Below are positions 30,358-38,992 of a DNA stretch of 52,600 nt, piece by piece. The stretch lies in IMG/VR virus record IMGVR_UViG_3300046003_005111, positions 1-52,600 of that record; one strand, 5' to 3'. Position 1 is the stretch's first letter, and every line of letters begins with the position of its first letter. Below the pieces are notes generated by a model. That model did no database searches and had not been told where the DNA came from. It was given only the letters and a program-made list of their open reading frames with translations. The DNA comes from a virus. Its lineage: Duplodnaviria > Caudoviricetes. The position numbers and the translations under genes were made by a program.

Positions 30358-30758
30358 TGATATTCAGTATAAGACAAAATGCAACATTACCTATTTTAAA
30401 AATGAAAGTTTTTAGAGATGGTCGTAACGATTTTAGACGTTTTGAAGATTTAATCGAAAATTGTGTGGCAACTTTTGCCATGAAAGATGAAAAAACAGGT
30501 GTTTATAAAGTTGCTAATAAAGCAGCGAATGTTGTCCTTGAAAACCCATGTGATGAAAATGGTTACAAACACTATATCATAACATACCAGTTTACAAAAG
30601 ACGATACTGACAAACCTGGAATATTTCTTGGTGAGTTTAAATTAACTCTTTTTGATCCAGCTGACCCAATGGAAGTTTATGGTGAATTAATAGCACCAAT
30701 CCAAGAGGAGTTATACATACATATCATCGATTCATTTGTAAAAACAGATATTATTTAA
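30357..30758 (+). CDS. BppU-N/Ig-like virion protein
   Basis: FSIRQNATLP.L...ATFAM...YQF...DT..PG.F.GEF pattern. Confidence 0.55.
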   Translation: MIFSIRQNATLPILKMKVFRDGRNDFRRFEDLIENCVATFAMKDEKTGVYKVANKAANVVLENPCDENGYKHYIITYQFTKDDTDKPGIFLGEFKLTLFDPADPMEVYGELIAPIQEELYIHIIDSFVKTDII

Positions 30759-30765
30759 CTTTTTT

Positions 30766-30796
30766 TTTGTTTTTTTCAGTTTTATACTTATATTTG
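30766..30796 (+). promoter_or_regulatory. Bacteroidota-type promoter TTTG-N19-TATATTTG
   Basis: Exact match to the -33/-7 consensus, 17 nt upstream of the polymerase ATG. Confidence 0.55.
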
Positions 30797-30813
30797 TCCC
30801 AAAATAAATAATT

Positions 30814-33800
30814 ATGGCTGAATACAAAATATCCCTTGAAGAAATAGAAAGATTTTTAAATGGACACGATGATGAGAAATACATCGTTAATGTTGAGTAT
30901 GACGCTGAAACAAATTTAATTCATAAAATTAAACAAGACCCTGAAAAAGGTAATTTAATTGAGACAGAACCTTTAATGGCTTTTATGTGGATTAAAAATC
31001 TTAACAAGGTTAAGGATTTAACTAATTTTTATGATAACAGTGATTCTAAAATTAAATCAGCTAGACAAAGATTTGGTATTGAAATCAAATCTTTAGGTGG
31101 TGATCACCCAAAATTATTAGAAGGTTATAGATATTTAGTTACCTGTAATCAAGGTAATAAAAGAATGTTAGATTTCTTCAGAGAAGGTGGTATCTACGTA
31201 TATGACACAAGAAACGATATTAAATCACACTTTTTAATGATATCACCTGTTGAGCAATATTTTATACACACTGGTAAACGTTTGTTTAAAGGGTTTGAAG
31301 AATATGATGATATCCATAAATTTATATTTGACTTAGAGACAACAGGTTTAGACCCAAATATTAATAGAATATTCTTGATTGGTATCTACACTAATAAAGG
31401 TGTTAAAGAAATCATACCAGTTGAAAATAATGATGAATCTGAAAGACAAGCAATCACAAAATTCTTCGAAGTTATTAATAATATTAAACCAACAATTATT
31501 GCTGGTTATAATAGCGCTAACTTTGATTGGGATTTCTTTTTTGTCCGTTGCCAAAAACTTGGTTTAGATATTCAAGATATTGCGATAACACTTAAACCAG
31601 GTGAACTTATCCAAAGAAAAGAAAAAAGTATGCTTAAACTTGGTAATGAGGTAGAGGAATATACCCAAACTAATATGTTTGGTTATAGCATCATTGACAT
31701 CATACACTCAGCTAGACGTGCACAAGCGATTGATTCAAGCATGAAATCTGTTGGTTTAAAATACGTTTGTAAGTATAACAAGATCGCCAAAAAGAATCGT
31801 GTTTACATTGTCGGTGATAAAATCGGTAACACATGGTACTCAGAAGATAAATTCTATTTTGATGATAGAACTGGCGCATATTCTAAGACAAAACCAGCTT
31901 TAGAATTTATGGATTATATTCGTAGAGAAGATATCCAAGCTAACCCAGATAAAGTGTTTATTTTTGGTGATAACTTATTAAGAGAAGGTCTTGGTGGTCA
32001 GGCAAAAGAAATGCGTGGTGAACCTAATGTTATTGGTATTGTAACTAAACATTCACCTGATTCAAATCCAGAATCTTATTTCAACGACAAAGATTTTGAT
32101 AACCTTAAAAAATATATTGATTCTGATATTAATCGAATAATTGAAAAGATTAAAGAAGGTAAAACTATCGTATTCCCTAAAATGGGTATTGGTACAGGTT
32201 TGGCCCAGTTAGATATGAGAGCACCAAAAACCTTTAAATATTTAGTAGGTTTATTACGTGCATTACGTGATTATAGTAATTCTTTTCAAGAAGTTGATGG
32301 TAAATACATTGTTGAGCGCTACTTGATTGATGACTTATGGGAAACCATGGAAGTTGATGCTGTTTATAACCAATCATCATTTTTGTTAGCTAAATTAGTA
32401 CCAACAACATATCAAAGGGTTTCAACAATGGGTACTGCTGGTTTATGGAAATTGCTTATGATGGCTTATTCTTTTGAAAATGATCTAGCTATACCATTAT
32501 CTGATACAAAAAGAGATTATACAGGTGGTTTATCAAGGTTATTTAAAGTTGGATATTCAACAACTTTAAGAAAAATGGATTACAACTCACTTTACCCAGC
32601 TATTCAGTTAGCTCATGATGTATTCCCAAGTGTTGATGTTAATGGTGCGATGAAATCGATGTTAAAGTATTTTCACACTGAACGTTTTAATGCTAAAAGA
32701 TTATCTGATAAATATAAAAAAGAGGGTAACTACCAATTAGCTGATAAATATAAACGTAAACAGTTACCGCTTAAGATCTTCATTAACTCGATGTTCGGTG
32801 CACTTGGAGCCCCAATGGCTTTCCAATGGGCTGAAATCGATGTCAGTGAACGTATTACATGTACGGCAAGACAATACCTTAGATTAATGGTTACATACTT
32901 CCTTAAACGAGGTTATACACCTTTGGTTCTTGATACGGATGGTGTAAACTTTATGGCACCTAAAAACGGTGAGCATTATACATATGTTGGTAAAGGGTTA
33001 AATGATGAGGTTGAAGCTGGTAAAGAATACACAGGTGTTAAAGCTGTTGTGGCTGAATTTAACGACACATACATGCGTGGTGAAATGGGTCTTGGTTTAG
33101 ACGGTATTTGGCCAGCAACCATAAATCTATCAAGAAAAAACTATGCTTTATTAGAAGATGATGGGTCGATTAGCTTAACAGGTAATAGTATCAAATCAAA
33201 AGCTATGCCTGTTTATATTGAGGAGTTTTTGGGTAAAGGTATGAAAATATTATTGAATGGTCATGGTTATGACTTTGTTCAATATTACTATGAATATGCT
33301 GAAAAGGTCTATAATAAAGAAATACCGTTGTCTAAGATCGCTACAAAAGCTAGGGTTAAGAAGTCAATAAACGGTTATATAAATCGTGGTGGTGATAAAA
33401 ACGGTAGACAATTAGCTAAACAAGCGCACATGGAATTAGCTATTAAACATAATCTTGATGTTAATCTTGGTGATACAATTTATTATGTTAATAATGGTAA
33501 AACAAAATCACATGGTGATGCTCAGGAAGATAAAAATGGTGAAATGTATGCGACATTGGTATCGAATGAGATCATTGAGAATAAACCAGACTATATTGGT
33601 GAATATAATGTACCAAAATACTTGGAAGCTTTAAATAAAAAAGTTGAACCACTATTGGTTGCTTTTCCCCTTGAAATTAGAGATAAAATTCTTATTAAAA
33701 AACCTGATGAAAGAAAAATGTTCTTAAGATCTGAATTAGATTTGGTAAATGACCAACCAACAGATATCGAAGATCAAGACACATTACAAGAATTTTTTAC

Positions 33801-33915
33801 ACCATCCCCAATGGAAAAAGAATTCTGGGCTAAAATGGAATATGAATCAGATTATTGGTTTTCAGATAAAATAACATTCAAAATACCTGGTTTGGATGAA
33901 GAATTTACGGTTTAG
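30814..33915 (+). CDS. polB: Family B DNA polymerase with macrodomain-like insertion in the 3'-5' exonuclease
   Basis: ExoI FDLETTG, ExoII GYNSANFD, ExoIII YLIDD, PolA DYNSLYP, PolB KIFINSMFG, PolC DTDG; insert at aa ~363-486. Confidence 0.95.
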   Translation: MAEYKISLEEIERFLNGHDDEKYIVNVEYDAETNLIHKIKQDPEKGNLIETEPLMAFMWIKNLNKVKDLTNFYDNSDSKIKSARQRFGIEIKSLGGDHPKLLEGYRYLVTCNQGNKRMLDFFREGGIYVYDTRNDIKSHFLMISPVEQYFIHTGKRLFKGFEEYDDIHKFIFDLETTGLDPNINRIFLIGIYTNKGVKEIIPVENNDESERQAITKFFEVINNIKPTIIAGYNSANFDWDFFFVRCQKLGLDIQDIAITLKPGELIQRKEKSMLKLGNEVEEYTQTNMFGYSIIDIIHSARRAQAIDSSMKSVGLKYVCKYNKIAKKNRVYIVGDKIGNTWYSEDKFYFDDRTGAYSKTKPALEFMDYIRREDIQANPDKVFIFGDNLLREGLGGQAKEMRGEPNVIGIVTKHSPDSNPESYFNDKDFDNLKKYIDSDINRIIEKIKEGKTIVFPKMGIGTGLAQLDMRAPKTFKYLVGLLRALRDYSNSFQEVDGKYIVERYLIDDLWETMEVDAVYNQSSFLLAKLVPTTYQRVSTMGTAGLWKLLMMAYSFENDLAIPLSDTKRDYTGGLSRLFKVGYSTTLRKMDYNSLYPAIQLAHDVFPSVDVNGAMKSMLKYFHTERFNAKRLSDKYKKEGNYQLADKYKRKQLPLKIFINSMFGALGAPMAFQWAEIDVSERITCTARQYLRLMVTYFLKRGYTPLVLDTDGVNFMAPKNGEHYTYVGKGLNDEVEAGKEYTGVKAVVAEFNDTYMRGEMGLGLDGIWPATINLSRKNYALLEDDGSISLTGNSIKSKAMPVYIEEFLGKGMKILLNGHGYDFVQYYYEYAEKVYNKEIPLSKIATKARVKKSINGYINRGGDKNGRQLAKQAHMELAIKHNLDVNLGDTIYYVNNGKTKSHGDAQEDKNGEMYATLVSNEIIENKPDYIGEYNVPKYLEALNKKVEPLLVAFPLEIRDKILIKKPDERKMFLRSELDLVNDQPTDIEDQDTLQEFFTPSPMEKEFWAKMEYESDYWFSDKITFKIPGLDEEFTV
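31900..32271 (+). other. In-frame macrodomain-like (DarG/TARG1-type) insertion
   Basis: VFIFGDN (N387), GLGGQA loop, GIVTK (K412), VFPKMGIGTGLA loop, in macrodomain order. Confidence 0.65.
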
Positions 33916-33937
33916 TTGAAATATTACCTAAATCACC

Positions 33938-33947
33938 GATATTTATA
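33938..33947 (+). promoter_or_regulatory. Putative late promoter motif GATATTTATA
   Basis: 13 nt upstream of ATG 33961. Confidence 0.6.
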
Positions 33948-33960
33948 AATAAAATATTGA

Positions 33961-34533
33961 ATGTCACAAAGTAATAACATAAAAGAATTTATTGATCAAG
34001 ATGGTGATATAATTAGTGGTGATAAAAATTACATTAATTACGTTAACACTAGTCATGATACAACCGATGCCGCTATCTTAAAAACTAGACAACCATTTGT
34101 TTTTCAAAACTATAGAAGATATTACGGTGAATCTGTATTACCTTTTAATAATGAAGCAGATTCTTGTAAAAACAACCCTAAAAAGTTCTACGATTTTTTA
34201 GAAAAAAAGGGTATGGAACACACTTTTGAAGATTATTTTACGGAAGTAAAACAAAGAAAAGATGTTAAACCTGTCATTGATCCGAAAGACAAATTAAAAG
34301 AGGTTGCAAAAGAAAAGGCTTTTAAAATGCTTGAAGACCTTCTTTCAAAAAGAAAAGATAATGACTATCTTATATCCAGAGATATGCCAACAACTATCGA
34401 AGAAATTAAAGATAAAGAAAAATTACTTTTTGATAAATTCGATAAAATAGTCGAATTTTTTAAAGAAAACCTAAATGAAGGTGAAAAAAAATTATTATTA
34501 TCTTATTTTGAAAACTCATTAAAAAATGGATAA
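33961..34533 (+). CDS. Hypothetical protein (late, charged)
   Basis: 190-aa ORF, first of a tightly packed operon. Confidence 0.6.
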   Translation: MSQSNNIKEFIDQDGDIISGDKNYINYVNTSHDTTDAAILKTRQPFVFQNYRRYYGESVLPFNNEADSCKNNPKKFYDFLEKKGMEHTFEDYFTEVKQRKDVKPVIDPKDKLKEVAKEKAFKMLEDLLSKRKDNDYLISRDMPTTIEEIKDKEKLLFDKFDKIVEFFKENLNEGEKKLLLSYFENSLKNG

Positions 34534-35014
34534 CATAAGTGAAGAAAACTCAAAACTTATAGGTAATTTTTATGAAGTACCTGAAGAAGTATTGGTTTAT
34601 GTAAAGCATGCTTTAAATAAACATGGTGAGAATAATAAAACAGCTAAGGGTTATAAAAGAGCAAATCATATTATCAATAACCCAAATCAGCCGTTTGTTA
34701 ATCTAGTTAATATTAAAAACTATTTTGACACGTTAGACACCAACAATATAAATAACATTGAATTTGATTTACATGGCGGTAAGGTTATGAATACTTGGGT
34801 TCAAGATCTTATAAAAAGAGAAAGAGAAAGAGTTGAAGGTAATAAAGTTGCTAGAACAAATGCAGGTATGGATGGTCAATTTAGAAAAGATTCTGAAGGG
34901 GATGATTTTAATACCGATTTACCAAAAAATGTGATGGACACACCAGATATAATGTTTAATAGTGCGTTACTTGAAGATATTACTAGAATAAAAAATTTAA
35001 TAAATAAAATATAA
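34526..35014 (+). CDS. Hypothetical protein with C-terminal LLEDITRIKNLI motif
   Basis: 162-aa ORF overlapping the upstream stop. Confidence 0.6.
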   Translation: MDNISEENSKLIGNFYEVPEEVLVYVKHALNKHGENNKTAKGYKRANHIINNPNQPFVNLVNIKNYFDTLDTNNINNIEFDLHGGKVMNTWVQDLIKRERERVEGNKVARTNAGMDGQFRKDSEGDDFNTDLPKNVMDTPDIMFNSALLEDITRIKNLINKI

Positions 35015-35016
35015 TC

Positions 35017-35280
35017 ATGGCAGATAACATTTTAAGAGTACCAGCGTCTACAAAGTTAAGAGACGTTGCTTATGAAGAATTAAACGGTAAATTAATACCA
35101 GTTAACGAATATAAACCAAATTCTTTTGAATACAGTGCAACAAATCCTAACGCACTTAGTGGTGACGCTAAAGGTAAAGACGAGATTGGTAATACTACCG
35201 ATGTTGAAGAAAGATCAAGATTAGTAGCTGTTAACAATTATAAAGATACTAATACATATCCAGACCCAACTGTGGTTTAA
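35017..35280 (+). CDS. Hypothetical protein
   Basis: 87-aa ORF; internal L.(P/A)VN.YK..N.(F/Y) duplication. Confidence 0.6.
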   Translation: MADNILRVPASTKLRDVAYEELNGKLIPVNEYKPNSFEYSATNPNALSGDAKGKDEIGNTTDVEERSRLVAVNNYKDTNTYPDPTVV

Positions 35281-35292
35281 TTTTTTTTAATT

Positions 35293-35871
35293 ATGCTTAT
35301 TATTGAACAAAACGAAAACGAAAAATTGTCCTTATTACGTCAAGCAATTGAAGATAAGGTAGAAATTTCGTTTTGGTATAGAGGTGTTAAAGTTAGCGAC
35401 CCCAAAAATAAGAGATACACCAAACAAAACTGGAGATTTGCTCAACCGACTGATTTAGGTAAGAGTAAAGGCGAAGGTAATAGATGGATGTTAAGAGCTT
35501 ATCAAAAAAGTGGGGCTAGCAACACTAATAATAAAGCGTGGAAAACATTTTTAGTAGATGAAATGAATAATATAACTCTATTAAATAGCGATAATAAGGC
35601 ATACATATTACAAAAGTATGGTTATTTCGAAAAACCAGACGGATCTGGTTTCAATTTAAGTGGGGATAAAAAAATGGTTAATGATAAACCAGAAATTAAA
35701 ATAGATATAAACAAAAAAAGACCTGAAAATAAACCAGAACAAAAACCAGTGGAACCTCAAGCACAAGGAGAACCTAAAGGACAAAATGTCCCAGAGAACC
35801 CAAATGATAAGGAACCAATAACTGAACATAGTTCTGGATTCTTAAAATGGATATATAACATATATGAGTAA
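35293..35871 (+). CDS. Stand-alone WYL-domain-like protein
   Basis: LRQAIEDKVEISFWY...R...P..LG......LRAYQ...WKTFLVDEM follows the WYL layout; no HTH; Pro/Glu-rich tail. Confidence 0.6.
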   Translation: MLIIEQNENEKLSLLRQAIEDKVEISFWYRGVKVSDPKNKRYTKQNWRFAQPTDLGKSKGEGNRWMLRAYQKSGASNTNNKAWKTFLVDEMNNITLLNSDNKAYILQKYGYFEKPDGSGFNLSGDKKMVNDKPEIKIDINKKRPENKPEQKPVEPQAQGEPKGQNVPENPNDKEPITEHSSGFLKWIYNIYE

Positions 35872-36478
35872 TCAAGATAAAGCTGCGTTACTAGCGCAAG
35901 GAATCGCTAAAGCAAGAATGGTAATGGAAAAAGTTGAAGCCAATACTGGTGGTAAAATGGCCCAAGATAGAGGTATGGGTTCTATGCCCGCATCAAGAGA
36001 AATTTATTCCGATAATTATGAGGAGCGTGAGCCAGAGTACTTAACTGAGGAACAAGTTGCTGCCAGAACAAGAAATGCCGCTGGTAATGTACCAAAAAAT
36101 ACTATGAGAAACCTATCAACATCAAAAATGCCTAAAGAAATATTACAATCGTTTATGGAAAACCCAATTGTTGACCCTACAATGCCTGTTGGGATGGATA
36201 ATTTAATGGAACAAATCGCCAAAACGCAACCTAAAACAAAACAAATTGAGGAAATAACTCAACCAAGATCCACTGCACCAAATCAATCAGCACCAATGTT
36301 AACAATGGATAAAGATTTGATTGAATATATTATCAAAAAAACCGTTGAGACTGTTCTTGAAGAACAAGCTAAAAAAACAAGTATCGATGAAAACTTCCAA
36401 ATTAAAATAGGTAACAAAATATTTGGTGGTAAATTAAATGTTTTAAAGGAAAATAATAATAAAACAACTAAAAAGTAA
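35864..36478 (+). CDS. Hypothetical protein
   Basis: 204-aa ORF; SKMPKEILQSF..NPI and IKIGNKIFGG segments. Confidence 0.6.
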   Translation: MSNQDKAALLAQGIAKARMVMEKVEANTGGKMAQDRGMGSMPASREIYSDNYEEREPEYLTEEQVAARTRNAAGNVPKNTMRNLSTSKMPKEILQSFMENPIVDPTMPVGMDNLMEQIAKTQPKTKQIEEITQPRSTAPNQSAPMLTMDKDLIEYIIKKTVETVLEEQAKKTSIDENFQIKIGNKIFGGKLNVLKENNNKTTKK

Positions 36479-36482
36479 AAAC

Positions 36483-36671
36483 ATGCACGTAATTAAATTT
36501 TGTAAAAACAAATGCTGTCCAGTTATTGAGGTTCAAGAAAACGCAATCGTATTGGGTGATAAAGAAGGACCAGAAGGTATAACAACATGGACTAAAAACC
36601 AATTTGCTGACTTTGTTGAAGCAGCTAAAGAAGGTAAATTTGACGAAATAGTTAATATTGAAAACAACTAA
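36483..36671 (+). CDS. Small DUF397-like protein
   Basis: C..IEV....IVLGDKEGP....WTKNQFADFVEAAKEGKF resembles DUF397 (CVEVA..V.VRDSK.P..L.F...W.AF...VK.G.F). Confidence 0.5.
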   Translation: MHVIKFCKNKCCPVIEVQENAIVLGDKEGPEGITTWTKNQFADFVEAAKEGKFDEIVNIENN

Positions 36672-36699
36672 TTGTTAAATTTTTAACAAAAAACTAATG

Positions 36700-36728
36700 A
36701 TGGGAGATTTAATATCTCCCATTTTTTT
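36700..36728 (+). terminator. Intrinsic terminator
   Basis: ATGGGAGAT-ttaat-ATCTCCCAT followed by TTTTTT. Confidence 0.85.
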
Positions 36729-36880
36729 ATACATTTGTGGTATGAATGTGATAAAAATTGTGCGTGGTGTAAAGCTTATGATAATATGATTAAAATAAAT
36801 GTTATTAAATAAAAATTATTTTATAATATATTTTGATTTTTGATTAATTTTTATTATTATTATGAAAATATAATTAACTT

Positions 36881-38101
36881 ATGGGTAAAATTAATATACT
36901 AGTACAACCAAATGACCGAGCTGGTTCAGGTAAATATAGATGTGTGGATCCACATGTAACCTTACAGAACAATAACCCTCAAGATTTTTTTGTTGAAATT
37001 AATGAAAATGTTAATTTTAATGATGATAATTATTTGAAAAAATTTGAGTTATTCTTTTTCCATAGAGCTCCAGGTGGTAATTATTTACAGGGTGTTGAAA
37101 TTATTAAAAAAATTAAATCTTTTGGTGGTAAGGTTATCATCGATTTAGATGACCACTGGAATTTAGACCCATCACATGGTTTATATCAAACATCAAAAAA
37201 GAATGATATACCTCTTCATACTATTAATATCATAAAAGAAGCTGATCTGGTGACAGTATCAACACACTTCTTACAAAAAGAAGTTTTAAAACACAATAAA
37301 AAATGTGTTATTTTGGCTAACGCAATAAACCCAAATGAAACACAATTTAAACCAACACCTAGTGAGTCCGATAAGTTAAGATTCGGTTGGTTAGGTGGTT
37401 CCTCACACGTTAAAGATATTGAATTATTAAAAAGCATACCTCAAAAATCAAATGGATGTGGTGATAAAATGCAAATTGTGTTATGTGGTTACGATACAAG
37501 AGGTGTTGTTAGGGCTTTAAATCCGCAAACAGGTGAAATGATGGAAAGAGATATGCAACCTGTTGAAACAACTTGGTTTATGTATGAAATATTCCTAACT
37601 GACCATTTTAAAACAATTAAAGATCAGGAGTATGTTAAACATTTAATGAAATTCGATTCGACATTAAATTACGATGATAAAAATATGCCATATAAAAGAG
37701 TATGGACCAAACCTATTGATACATATGCAAAAGGTTATAATGAGTTTGATGTTGCTTTAGCCCCATTAAATGATAGTTCTTTTAATAAATACAAATCTCA
37801 ATTAAAGGTAATTGAAGCTGGGTTCCATAAAAAAGCTATAATCGCTCAGAATTATGGACCGTACACCATTGATTTGGTTTCTGCAATTGAAAAGGGTGGT
37901 GGGTTTAACTCAAAAGGTAATTCTTTATTAGTAGATTCAAATAAGAACCACAAACAATGGGTTCAACATATCAAAAGATTAATTGATAACCCAAATCTTG
38001 TTAAAGATCTTGGAGAAAAATTATATGAGACTGTTAAAGACAAATATGATATAAATTACGTAACAAAATTAAGATCTGAAATATATAAAACATTAATATA
38101 A
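36881..38101 (+). CDS. Glycosyltransferase, GT-B fold (GT4-like)
   Basis: YR...P, DLDDHW, ADLVTVST, GWLGG.SH..D, DVALAPL...FNKYKSQLKVIEAG. Confidence 0.85.
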   Translation: MGKINILVQPNDRAGSGKYRCVDPHVTLQNNNPQDFFVEINENVNFNDDNYLKKFELFFFHRAPGGNYLQGVEIIKKIKSFGGKVIIDLDDHWNLDPSHGLYQTSKKNDIPLHTINIIKEADLVTVSTHFLQKEVLKHNKKCVILANAINPNETQFKPTPSESDKLRFGWLGGSSHVKDIELLKSIPQKSNGCGDKMQIVLCGYDTRGVVRALNPQTGEMMERDMQPVETTWFMYEIFLTDHFKTIKDQEYVKHLMKFDSTLNYDDKNMPYKRVWTKPIDTYAKGYNEFDVALAPLNDSSFNKYKSQLKVIEAGFHKKAIIAQNYGPYTIDLVSAIEKGGGFNSKGNSLLVDSNKNHKQWVQHIKRLIDNPNLVKDLGEKLYETVKDKYDINYVTKLRSEIYKTLI

Positions 38102-38102
38102 C

Positions 38103-38687
38103 ATGAACGACAAATTAGGAAATTTAGATATGGGTGAACTTTTTGATGATGAAATGAAAAGTGAATTGGATAGCATATTAAAACAAACTCAGAACATGAT
38201 GGGTGATTGGGATTATGACCCAGCTTCAATGTCAATTAAGTTAAAAGTGTCTTTTATTAACAAATCAAATAACCCTGACCCAACCTATGAAAAGGAAGGC
38301 GATAGTGGTTTTGATATTAGAGCTTTTATTGATGAACCAATTGAAATTGAACCAGGTTGTAGAACCTTAATAAAAACAGGTTTATATTTTGAAATACCTT
38401 ATGGTTATGAATTACAAGTTAGATCTAGAAGTGGTTTAGCTTTAAATAACGGTGTTGTTGTTTTAAATAGCCCTGGTACTGTTGATTCTGGATACAGAGG
38501 TGAGATTGGTGTTATTCTATACAATACAGATAAATTAAACCCTTTTTATGTAGATAATGGTGATAGAATTGCACAAGGTGTTATCGCTGCTGTACAAACA
38601 ATGGGTAAAACAAAATTTATAAAAACTGATACACTATCAAGTAGTGATAGAGGTTCTGGTGGTTTTGGTTCAACTGGTGTTAGTTAA
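38103..38687 (+). CDS. dut: Trimeric dUTPase with acidic N-terminal extension
   Basis: All five motifs: SGFD, RSG, GTVDSGYRGE, GDRIAQ, RGSGGFGSTG. Confidence 0.96.
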   Translation: MNDKLGNLDMGELFDDEMKSELDSILKQTQNMMGDWDYDPASMSIKLKVSFINKSNNPDPTYEKEGDSGFDIRAFIDEPIEIEPGCRTLIKTGLYFEIPYGYELQVRSRSGLALNNGVVVLNSPGTVDSGYRGEIGVILYNTDKLNPFYVDNGDRIAQGVIAAVQTMGKTKFIKTDTLSSSDRGSGGFGSTGVS

Positions 38688-38992
38688 TGATAGTATTTAA
38701 AGACCAAATAAGAGCTTATAAAGCGATCACACCTGATATTTTAAACCAAATAGAATATAAAACTGTTTGGTCTGGTAAAAGAATTGAGGTTGGTGATAAA
38801 GTTTTGTATGCGTTTGTGTACCCTTTAAATTCAGAGGATTATAAATTAGCTACATTTCTTGAGCGTGAACTTGATGAGGTTAATCAAATGTTTACGTTCA
38901 TTCAAACAATAAAAGGTATTATACCAGTGTTAAAATATAAAAATGATAATCTTGTAAGAGATTTAATCATAGAAGAAGAGAATGAGTTATAA
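38687..38992 (+). CDS. Hypothetical protein
   Basis: 101-aa ORF overlapping both neighbours. Confidence 0.6.
   Translation: MIVFKDQIRAYKAITPDILNQIEYKTVWSGKRIEVGDKVLYAFVYPLNSEDYKLATFLERELDEVNQMFTFIQTIKGIIPVLKYKNDNLVRDLIIEEENEL

Noticed and set aside
31900-32271. Intein or intron in the DNA polymerase
   Set aside because: Frame is continuous; no Cys/Ser start, His-Asn end or LAGLIDADG motifs. The insert looks like a folded macro-like domain.
36697-36812. Small ORF or sRNA after the terminator (TACATTTG, short Cys-containing frame)
   Set aside because: Frames are about 30 codons or fewer with no convincing start; not supportable.
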